A stretch of DNA of 64,000 bases, from contig JBHGNT010000013.1 of NCBI GenBank assembly GCA_043228905.1, positions 8,184,001 to 8,248,000 on the forward strand. The letters run 5' to 3'. Positions 54,217 to 64,000 of the stretch are shown one piece after another (the stretch's first letter is position 1; each line of letters begins with the position of its first letter). The notes beneath the pieces were generated by a model, which saw only the letters and a program-made list of their open reading frames with translations, was not told where the DNA came from and did not search any database. This DNA is from Azolla caroliniana. Taxonomy: Eukaryota > Plantae > Polypodiophyta. A program made the translations under genes and the position numbers.

Positions 54217-54600
54217 TGTCATGGACATGATGGAATGTATAGGGTTGAACCCATGACCTCCTGGTCTTATTGGGCAGTGTTACCAGTTGAGCTACATCCA
54301 TCTATACATTATTGTATGTTGTATAAGATTCAACTTATTACATTGCAGGTTAATCACTAGAATGTTCAAGAAAATTCTAGAGAATGCATCTTCATGCACT
54401 CTCTAGATGTTTCTTATCTTACATGTATACGTCCACATTCTTGTATAAATACTTGGGTGCACCTTGATTACAATCAAGGTGAACGACACTAGTTACAGAA
54501 GCATAATTCAGTTCTCGCCCTCTTGCCTATTTTCTATCTCTCTCTTTCTTGCTGTCTTTTCTATGCTCTCTCTTAGTCTTTAACCTCGTCTACTTGTCCA
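54217..54600 (+). mobile_element. Truncated LTR with antisense tRNA-like module, HSE and TATA
   Basis: tgtcatggac start; - strand tagctcaactggt..ggaggtcatgggttcaacccta 54231-54300; GAAnnTTCnnGAAnnTTC 54360-54377; tataaata near 54444; 3' end not seen. Confidence 0.6.
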
Positions 54601-54669
54601 TGGCCTCATCTACTCGTTGTCATGAAGGATTCCGGCTACGAGGAGAAAAGTGTCCGGATGAGCGAGACC

Positions 54670-55390
54670 AAATACATAGCTGCATCCGATGCGGCGAAAG
54701 AGGCCTTATGGCTTGGTCGGTTGGCTTGCAAGTTTTGACAAGTCGAATCCGACTCGGCTCCAGTTATCTACAGTGATAGTCAGGGTGTTGCCGCTCTGTT
54801 GAAAAATCAGGTTCATCACAACACCTCAAGCATATCGACGTTCGATATCATTTTGTTTGGGACTGCGTCATCTTAGGAAAAATTGAGTTGGAAAAGATAT
54901 CTATAGCCGAAAATGTCACAAATTGGATCACCCAATGTCTTTCGGCACATCGATTTCAATCGCTACAGCACCAGATGCGCATCACTAAGAATCTGTTCTA
55001 TTAAGTCAGACACTAAGGATGTTTTCCAAACAATCGTCTTCGACAACTCAAAGCTCGGTCTTAGTTTTCCGAATCTCGGCTAGTTCGGCCTTTTGTTTTT
55101 CGAAGTTCACCAACTCAAACAAAATTTTCAATTTGTTCGAAAAACCTTGTATCATTCTTTATTGTACATTTATTTCGATTTACAGATTTTCAATGTATAC
55201 GCCCATTACGGGTGAGTGTTGAATGCGGGTCTCTAATGAATGTATTCACATTGTCTCCCTTTGTACACACTAGTTTTAGGCTATTTATGTAAACAGTGAG
55301 AAGGGCAGTTGCCCTAAGTTAGTTAGTATATAAACTAACTTTGCAACCTATCTTTCTAGTGGTTGGAAATATAGTTCATCTTGTGCCTAA

Positions 55391-55423
<33 letters not shown>

Positions 55424-55520
55424 CGTTCTTATTGATCTTCCTTCTTGATTCTGTTTCTAGTTGCCATCAATCTTCTTCATTGCATCTATTAACGATCTCC
55501 TCACATAAGAGTGTCAAGAT
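54670..55520 (+). mobile_element. 3' end of a different copia family (RNase H remnant, PPT, LTR from 55217)
   Basis: YIAASDAAKEALWL, IYSDSQG, KHIDVRYHFV; PPT acgggtgag then tgttga. Confidence 0.8.
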
Positions 55521-55597
55521 TATTCCGCACCTAGACAACCACATTCTCAACACCCTACACCACGCTTTCGAAAAGGCGTCCGTAAAGAGGAGGATAA

Positions 55598-57226
55598 TGT
55601 TACGACACGGTGATGTGAAATGCATAGTTAGTGAGCATTGAACCTACCACCTCACATCTACAAGATGTTATGCTCAACCATTTTGATACAAGCATGCATT
55701 TGTATATAATGGTTTAGTATTCTACAATTTAGCATATATTACATTTCATAATCAAAATATTCTTATCATTAATATATTCTAGAAATATTGTATAACATAT
55801 TCTAGACGAGTATATTCTAGAGATATTTCTCAAGTATATTCTAGAGATATTTAAACTCAGAACATGTATAAATACTCGTAATCTCCTTGGTCCCTTTTAA
55901 GGGATTCAACTCTAGTCATTCACACATCAATCTAGTATTCTCGTTTTGCCCCATCTTGTTTCCTTTAAGTTCTTGTGTCGTTCCCATCTTCTTAAGTTCC
56001 ATGCTCGTAGCCCCACCATCCGTGTTCCATTTGAGTTCACGGTTGGTGTGTCCGTGACAGTTTGAACCCCTTCTAATAGGAAGCATCACATGTCTTCATC
56101 ATCTCTTGCTTCTAAAGTTACCATCGTCACTGTCCTTGGTTTTAGAGATGCCATCGTCACCACAATCACAGTCGTTCCTTGTAGAGAAGCTTCCTCATCA
56201 TATCATCATCTTCACTGCCTCATCTTCTACATCATCATTTTCAGCACCTCTTCATTGTCATTGTCATCATCTATAGGTATTATTTTGCATCATTTTTGGT
56301 GAGGATTGATTTTGATCGCTCACCTTCACAATTCCGATGGGGGTTACAATTGCGCACTTTCCTGGTGGGGATCGAATCATTGCTCGTTTGCACTCCATTT
56401 TCATTTCGTTTCAAGTTTCACTCCACTTTCCTTTGGTGAGGATCGATTTTGATCGCTCACCTTCCTAGTTCCGGTGGGGGATTTCAACCGCGCACTTTCC
56501 TGTTCGGGATTGAATCATTGCTTGGTTGCAGTCCATTTTCATTTTGGTTTACATTTTACTCCACTTTCTCTTGACGGAGATCGATTTCGATTGCTCACCT
56601 TCTAGTTCTGGTGGGGGTCACAACCGCTCACTTTCTTGGTGGGGATCGCGTTGGTTTCTCGCTAACACTACCGTTTGTGTTGTGTTTTGGGTCAACCTCG
56701 ACTATTTACCCTCTCATGATAGAAGAAGTCGAGTCGACCGCTTCACCTCCACTCCTTCGCCCGTTGTTGTTCCAGTTCTTGGTGATGACCACACATGGTC
56801 GCTCACGCCTGTCGGTGTTCCAATTCTCGGTGAGGACCGCACATGGTCGCTCATGCCCGTTGGTGCTCCAGTTCCCGATGAGGACCACACATGGTCGCTC
56901 ATGCCTATTGGTGTTCCGATTCTCGATGAGGACCGCACATGGTCGTTCATGCCCGTTGGTGCTCCAGTTCCTGGTGAGGATCACACATGGTCACTCACCC
57001 ATTCATGTTCAAGTTCCCGATGAGGGCCGCATGGTCACTCACTCCCGTTCGTGTTCAAGTTCTCGGTGAGGGCCACATGGTCAACCATGTCTGTCGGTGT
57101 TCTAATCTCCAGCGAGGACAACAGAAGGGTCCTCACGGCCGTCAATGCTCCAATTCCTGTCCAACCCTACACCAAACTTTCAAAAAGGAGGCCGTAAAGG
57201 GGAGGGATAATGTCATGACATAGTGA
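55598..57226 (+). mobile_element. Non-coding, probably self-priming LTR element (LTR 55598-56059, internal repeats, PPT, first 16 nt of next LTR at 57211)
   Basis: tgttac..gtgaca, non-tRNA PBS gtttgaacccctt, PPT aaaggggagggataa, tgtcatgacatagtga matches the LTR start. Confidence 0.8.
56296..57115. repeat. Two internal tandem arrays: ~137 bp x3 and 46-48 bp x7-8
   Basis: Units start at 56296, 56433, 56571; and 56781, 56829, 56877, 56925, 56973, 57019, 57065. Confidence 0.92.
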
Positions 57227-59058
57227 AACAGAGCTGACGGATGGCCACAGACAGATGACCGACTAAGAGCGACGATTGGCGAGCGGCGACAGCCTGTCAG
57301 ACAGCCAGCTAGTCCGACGACCAGCGGACAACTGACGTAGAGACTGGCGGATGGCAACGGCTGGCTGGACAATTGGTCCAGCAGCCGGCGGACGACAACG
57401 TCCGACAACCAACGGACAGGACAGGCGGTTCGGTAGCGGACAGACAGACGGCGACGGCCAGCCGGACAGAGCCGGTCCGACGGTTCGACAACCAACGGAC
57501 GGCGGCGGCCGGACAGAGCGGACCAGACGGCTGGAGAATTGGCTGAGAGACAAGCGTCAGCCAAGAGCCTGCCGAGATACGGCCGACGGCGGAAGAGCCG
57601 GAAAGACGGTCTGGAAGCCGTACAAAGCCGGCCTCCGAGAGATGGTCGAAATGTCCACCAGGTTTCTGGAAAGACACGGCCGAACTGAGAGAGCCGACTG
57701 TTCGAACAACCGTCGAACAGTAGTGGCCGAGCCGACGGCCGACAAAGTCGGCCAGACAGACGACGACTACGGTCGAGCAGAGAGCGTTCGACACTCTTGG
57801 TTGGCAGACACAGAAGGACAACCACGGATGGAAATGGCCAGAGATGACCGATGGAAGAAGAAAAAGACAAACCATACACATACAGAGAAGGAAAACAGGA
57901 AGAAACGAAGAGGAGTGAAGAGAAGCAGAGAAGAATATGATGAGAAAACACAAAACGCAAACCCAAGAGAAAAACAGGACTACAGATGAAATGAAGAAAT
58001 AAGGAGAAAATAAGGGAAACACGCAGAAGAAGAGAAAGGAGGAGAAACACAGAGCAGATCAGAGAAGAGACAAAGAAGAAGGAAAAACAAATAATACAGA
58101 GAAATAGAAAGAAGAGAAGAGGGGTAGAGAAGAAAATTTGAAAACCTGAAAAGGTCATAAAAAATAATAATTCCCAAGGGCATAAAACAAAATTTCGAAA
58201 ATAGAGGGACATAGTGAGGAATTTCAGAAAAATAAGGGCATCATCAGAATTTCAAGAACCCGAGGGCAGAAGAAGAAATTTCAAAAAGCCCGAGGGCATG
58301 AGATGAAATTTCAAAAGCTTTAGGGCATGCGAAGAGAAAATTTCAAAAAACCGGAGGGCATATGATAAAGTTTTTAAAAACAACTTGAGGGTAAAAATAA
58401 AATAAATTTGAAAGACCAATGGGTACAAAATATCAAACTCATCTCACATGGCGAGACCCGAGAATGCACATACACAGAATGATTTCACGACCCATGCCGT
58501 AGTGAACTAGTCGATTGGTATATGATCCAATCAAGACATGTGTTGATCAAACGAGAAGGTTCGAGTCAAGCAACGCTTCGATCGAAGTTATCAATTGTAG
58601 AGCTATGACCCGGTCGACGGATTTCCAACCGTTGAGCGATTGATGGAGTTCAAGTCGCTAAGAGTTGCCATGGCGAGTGGGTTCACCGTGCACTGCATTG
58701 TCCCATAGGCGTGCCATGTGTTACCCGTAGGAGTTGTACGGGGCGGTGTAAGGGTAGAACACGATAATGTGGTTGATATGTATGTGTAAAGTGTATGAGT
58801 GTATGAGTATGAGTATGTGCATGTGTACAAAAGTGAGAGAGTGGGTTAGTAATGTAACTCCTTGCTTGTCTTATTCTTTTGTAACAGTTACCTCTTGTAC
58901 TATATAAACCCCACCCTTGGGGCATAATGTAATACAACTTTTTTCCCCTCTCGTTTTGGTGTGTTTCTTTGTTTCACTCTCCTTCTCTCTCTCTCTAACG
59001 TAATTCCCTTTGGGAGGGGCGTGAAGCCATTCTAAGCTTCACTCGCCACCCATTAACA
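57227..59058 (+). mobile_element. Long LTR (family E), 5'-truncated
   Basis: GC-rich micro-repeats, GA-rich tract, repeated gagggca..aaatttc units, TATA ctatataaa at 58900, ends attaaca; homologous to 38893-40370. Confidence 0.75.
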
Positions 59059-59059
59059 A

Positions 59060-59558
59060 TAAGTTAACGGAGAAAAATTTCAAAAATTGGAAGTCAAAGA
59101 TAGAATTAGTACTAGATATTGAAGGGTTTCTTGAGGTTATGGATGGCACCTAGGAAGAACCAATAGATAAAACATCAGAAGAATGCAAAACATGGAAGGC
59201 TCGAGATAAAATGGCACGCTTCGAAATTATACTACACGAGATGACAAGCAAGCAGACATTATCCGAAGTCTCACCACGACTGCTGCAATGTGGGCAAAAC
59301 TGAAAGAGTTGTACGAGCCACATGATGGTACGACTAAACTACATACATTAGGTGCATTATTCAATATGTGTGTGTTATGTGAAGAGGAAGATGTTTCAAC
59401 CTTCCTAGCTACCTGGGAGGAAGCCATGGATGATGCTATTACGGTTGGCAACCTTGTCCCATAAGATATAAAGATAGGTTTACTACTAAACAAACTTCCT
59501 GAATTGCGGGGAACGTTCACTACCATGAACAACAACATCAAGTCACTTCTAGAGTTAC
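59060..59558 (+). pseudogene. Copia gag fragment
   Basis: KLTEKNFKNWKSKIELVL..MDGT..W...D..A..MWAKLKELYE..LLLNKLP with stops. Confidence 0.8.
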
Positions 59559-60130
59559 TGTTGAGAATCAAGCTCAACCTAGTCTAGTGTGTGAACACAC
59601 ACCCTTGAGAGTGTGCACTTAAAGATCAAAAGTCACCACTCTTATCTACATATTAACTATGTGTCATAGAATCATATTCTATGACACATAACTAATGAGT
59701 TTTCACATTCCCGATGACCCATGAGCTTCGGTAGTTAATGAAGAGAGAGAGTGACTATATAAAGCACTCTCCTCCTACCTTGTAATAAGGTAAATTAATC
59801 TCCTTTGTAATATACATCTTCTTGAGTATTTGTAAAGGAATACATTGTGCGGAAGCGTGTGCGTAAGACAAAGAGTACATTGTTCGGAGGAAAAAGACAA
59901 TTCGGTAAAACAAAGAAATGCAAAGATGGAGATGGAGAGTCAGAGAGAGAGAGAGTAGACAACAGAAAACTAGATTCAAAATAATGACTCTCTGTTCTAT
60001 ACATACTTCGTGCTCAGTGAGCACCTTATATACAAACACTGGCAATCGGGCTGACACAAGTACCGTACTTGAATGCTCATAAATGAATCGACTACACAAA
60101 CTCCCAAACTTATTCCTTTAAAAGGAATAA
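59559..60130. mobile_element. Two abutting copia LTR fragments (+ strand from 59559; - strand about 59845-60130)
   Basis: tgttgagaatcaagctcaac like 35528; reverse complement of gcttccgca and atgagcatt.aagtac motifs of the 5959 family. Confidence 0.7.
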
Positions 60131-60232
60131 CGCTCTGACGACCTCTTCGGTTTTCACACCAATGCGACCCTGTTGTGCATACTTTTTCACGCACCCATTC
60201 TACGCACTAGGTTACGCTGCGTACTTCTCACC

Positions 60233-60537
60233 TGTCATAATATGGCAAGACTTGAACCCATGACCTTATGCTACATGGGTCAAGCTCTTGATCCTTAGAC
60301 CATACATTGTAATACATAAAATATTATTTTCATTTATGTTTTATTATAGAAAATTGATGTATATTCCAGATTTCTCTAGAACATTCTAGAAACTTCAGGA
60401 GTACTCCTGAGAACAATATAAAAGGAGGCACAAGGCATTATTTCGAACCAAATCAGTTCAACACCAGTCTTAAGCCTCCTAGCTACAATTGTATACTCTC
60501 TTCACATAATATATATCTTTTATCATCATTCTCTCAC

Positions 60538-60590
<53 letters not shown>

Positions 60591-62209
60591 TTCTCTCAAG
60601 AGTTCTACACCTCTCTTAGTACTAATCCTCATCTTTTAGTACTAATTCCTTCTCTGTCTTAGTACAGATCCTGACAGTTTGAACCGATTTCTTGTCCTGC
60701 TTCCGTCTCCTCCTTTCCTCCTCTTCCTTTTATCTTCTTACATATCCCCTTTTTCTGGTCTTCTTTTCGGTTTCCCTCATCTTCTTACCCCTTTCTTCCT
60801 TTCATATTAATCCTCTTATCCTCCCTAGTAAAATGGAAACTGTTAGCGCTCAGGAATAACAATCTATTTTCTCGGAGCTCCAGTGCTTAAAGGAGAAATT
60901 TGTAGCACTAGAACAAGAAAATCACCGTTTGTTGGGGGATCTTCAACAAATAGCGTTGGAAAAACAACAACACGGGGAGCTGACGTTACATGTGCAACAA
61001 CTCAAAGCAACCATCGTAGCGATGCAACAACAAGGACCCGGAACACAAGGGATTCATAAAGAACTCAAGATCGGCCTTACCATGAAATTCGATGGAACGC
61101 GATTGCAGTTTAGAGGGTTCCTTAATCAGGTATGACTAGTTATTCAAATGCATCCTTCCCGATATCCCACCGATGCATCACAAGTGGGTTTAATAGGCAC
61201 GTTGTTAAGTGACTCAACGTTGGCATGGTTCGCTCCGCTATTAGAAAAAGAATCTCCATTACTAAACAATTTTGAAGAATTTATAAGTGAGTTTAAAGCC
61301 TATTTTGGAGATACTGACAGCATAAGGACAACAATCAACAAAATCCAATGACTACGTCAAGGCTATCGTCCAGCCTCCGCATACGCTGCAAATTTTCATC
61401 TACTCGGCTCCGATATCCCCTAGGATGATCAAGTGTTAATGGAGCAATTTCGTTATGGTCTACGTAACGATGTCAAAGATTTACTCTTGACCTTTCCTGA
61501 AGAGCCAAAGTCATTAACATAAGCAATCAATTGTGCAGTGAGATGCGACAATCGCCTCTTTGAACGACGTTCGGAACGTCAGTTGTAGATGCCAAGGGCA
61601 AGATCTGAGCCTACCTACGCCTCAATGGTAGCGAAACCTTTTCTGAGGGAGTCATATAATGTGCCTCCAGTAAGTACTCCAACTCCGATGGAAATTGACA
61701 CCACACGTCATCGTGGACCGCTATCGGAAGAAGAAAAGCAACGACGCCGAGCAAATTGACTATGTCTTTATTGTAGTGGACCAGGGCATATCGCTGTAAA
61801 CTATCCCCATAGGCCAAGAAGGCAGATAAACCAAATAGTTGCTAGTTCTGATTGTACTAAACCCGAGTCTATTTCAGTAGGGATATCTGATAGTCCTAAT
61901 AGTACTAATAGCCCAAATCTAGCGAACAAATTTGATGTCCTTAGTCAGTTAGAAGAAGAGTTAAGTGACTAAGTCCCGCCAAAATAGGAGCCGTTTGGTT
62001 GGACAACCCTAGATCTGTGCAACCCATTAGTGGTTCCATTCCCTCTAAGCAAGTTAGCAATGTGTTCGTAGCCCAAGTAACAGTTAGTACTAAAAGTACC
62101 CCTCCAGCACATGTCTTAGCACTTCTAGATTCCGGAGCTAATTCTTGCTTCATGGATAGGAACTTTGCCCAAGCTCATCTAATATCACTCAGAAAACTTC
62201 GTTGTCCAG
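60233..62209 (+). mobile_element. 5' part of a Tf1/sushi/Tcn1-type gypsy element (LTR 60233-60676, non-tRNA PBS, gag, start of protease)
   Basis: tgtca..tgaca; gag KFDGTRLQFRGFLNQ, LAWFAPLLE, PTPMEID, CLYCSGPGH; protease ALLDSGANSCF; stops; interrupted at 62210. Confidence 0.9.
60378..60423 (+). promoter_or_regulatory. Heat-shock element plus TATA box in LTR U3
   Basis: aGAAcaTTCtaGAAacTTCa 60378-60397, tataaaa 60417-60423. Confidence 0.7.
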
Positions 62210-64000
62210 TATTAGAGACATGTACTAAAGTAAGCATTAGATAAGGATAGATCTAGGTAGATAAAAAGAAAGGAGAGAGAGAAAGAAGGGTGCCGATCCA
62301 CCCGACCACCCCCGAGCAAAGGGATCGAGACGGACTCGAGCCTCGATCGGCGTCCCATACCACCGCCGTGGCGTCGAGTCGTACCTGGTGTTGGTGCGCT
62401 CGCTACAAGAGTTGACCCACCACAAGACATAGTCTCGACGTAGTCAACAAGATGATCAAATGAGGGTAGCTAGGCCTCTTATTTATAGCGATACCCAAGG
62501 CCCCTAGCCAAGTTCACACTTGGCCTAATGGGTTGTCTCAATCCCGAGGATTAAAAGTAATCCTCCCCTTCTTTACACTCTTGTTTAACCCTCACACTTT
62601 TCCACATGTATAGAATACTACGGTAAATTCTTACCACGGGATATTATATGGTCATCCCCTCTTTAAAACATTGCACTCTTGCAATGGAAAGTTAGGGAAG
62701 TTAGTTTTGAGAGTATTTTCGCGTTCCCATGTGGCAACTTTTATTGATTTATCCATCCATTTTATTTTAAATTCTCGGATTTCTTTAGTACGTAATTTTT
62801 TTGTTTTAACATCGAGAATTCTTTCTGGTACATGTGGTTTAGAAGATAATTCTTCAAAAGTAACCAAAGTTTCAGTTGTAACTGTATTGTCGCCAGAACC
62901 TAGAAGTTCTTTTAGACGACTCACATGAAAGACTGGATGAATTCCAACACCATCGGGAAGAGCGAGACGATAGGCTGATGACCCAATGCGTTTAAGGATT
63001 GTAAAAGCTCCACAAAACCGTGGGGCTAACTTAGCGCACTTACCTGTAGACAATGTCTTAGAATTGTGAGGTACACGTAAAAATACCTTCTGTCCAGGGT
63101 TGAATACACGAGGTTGCCTATGATGATCGGCATAAAAACGGGCTCTATCTTGAGTTGTTTTTTTATATTATCTCGTGAAATATGTAACATATATTGCATA
63201 TCCCGAAGAAAGTTTTGCGTACTTCGCAACTCATCATGATGTATATTAACATCAATCGGGGCTCGTGGCTGAAAACCATACATCAACATAAAAGGACTAT
63301 ATCCCGTCGACGTATGCTTGGAGATGTTATAAGAAAACTCAAAAATTGGGAAATAACGTTCCCATTTTGTTGGTTTTGCACCAACATATGCTCGAAGCAT
63401 GTCCTCAATAATTTGATTTACTCGTTCTGTTTGTCCATCGGATTGAGGATGATCCGTGGAGCTCATGCTCAACGTAGTTTCTAACTTCTTAAAGACTTGC
63501 GTCCAAAAGTCACTAGTAAATTTTGGTTCTCGATCACTCACGATATCCATCGGTAACCCATAAAAACGACATAACTCGTCAACGAATTGGTAAGCCAATT
63601 CAAGAGCTATTACCATGGTTTTAGTAGCAATAAATCTGGCCATTTGAGTTAGTCTATCAACCACAACCTAGATGTCATCATGGCCTTTTTGGGTGCGAGG
63701 AAGGCTAACAATAAAATCCATGGATATACTTTCCCACTTATTATTGGGAATGTCCAAGGGATGTAAAAGTCCTGCGGCTTTAAGTCGCTCGGCTTTGTTA
63801 ACCTGACATTGGTGACATTTAGTCACATAGCTATGTATGTCAGGGCGCATCTTAGGCCAATAAAATTGAGTGGAGATGAGAACGAGTGTACGATGTATTC
63901 CAAGGTGCCCTACTGAGGGTGCATCATGGCATTAAAAAAGAATCCTATTTTTGACCTCGGTTAAATCTGGAACACAAACCTTCCCATTACGGTAGAGCAG
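62210..64000 (-). mobile_element. Chromovirus 3' region (integrase with chromodomain, 3' LTR), runs off the window
   Basis: CHQCQVNK, WESISMDFI, VDRLT, IVSDREPKFTS, HPQSDGQTERVNQ, chromodomain ..KIKW..ATWE; frameshift near 63160; ~15 bp deleted at the PPT/LTR junction relative to 24565-24582. Confidence 0.93.

Noticed and set aside
56526-57069. Overlapping ORFs with 16 aa repeats
   Set aside because: By-product of a 48 bp tandem repeat; later units are 46 bp and break frame
57142-58212. 356 aa membrane-protein-like ORF (and 39723..40382)
   Set aside because: Translation of CT-rich and GC-rich micro-repeats of the family E LTR; low complexity, no conserved motif
60543-60586. (CT)n/(GA)n microsatellites here and at 26235, 35813, 55393
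   Set aside because: Ordinary slippage tracts in LTR R/U5 regions

Overview
Eukaryotic, gene-free heterochromatin-type DNA made almost entirely of nested transposable elements. The mix (Tcn1/Tf1-type chromovirus, tRNA-Trp-primed gypsy, Sola-like DDD transposases, a plastid-stromal HSP70 fragment) points to a land plant, probably a seed-free one such as a fern, lycophyte or moss (inference). Present: several Ty1/copia elements (one with both LTRs, PBS, PPT and TSD at 5959-11325; a gag-PR-RNaseH deletion derivative at 20326-22550), several Ty3/gypsy families (full-length degenerate copy at 46716-53491, a pol-less derivative, chromoviruses, a Tat/Athila-like integrase), and a Sola2-like and a Sola1-like DNA transposon. 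No intact host gene was found. Best leads: (1) LTRs with a recurring layout of TG, outward-facing tRNA-like A/B-box module, heat-shock element, TATA and a self-primer that co-varies with a non-tRNA PBS; (2) a spliced coiled-coil + RING-H2 accessory gene inside the Sola2-like transposon, absent from the ORF track, beside TTAGTACTAA-rich intronic repeat arrays; (3) an unrecognised coiled-coil ORF shared by two retroelement remnants. All alignments and translations were done by eye; family names are motif-based.
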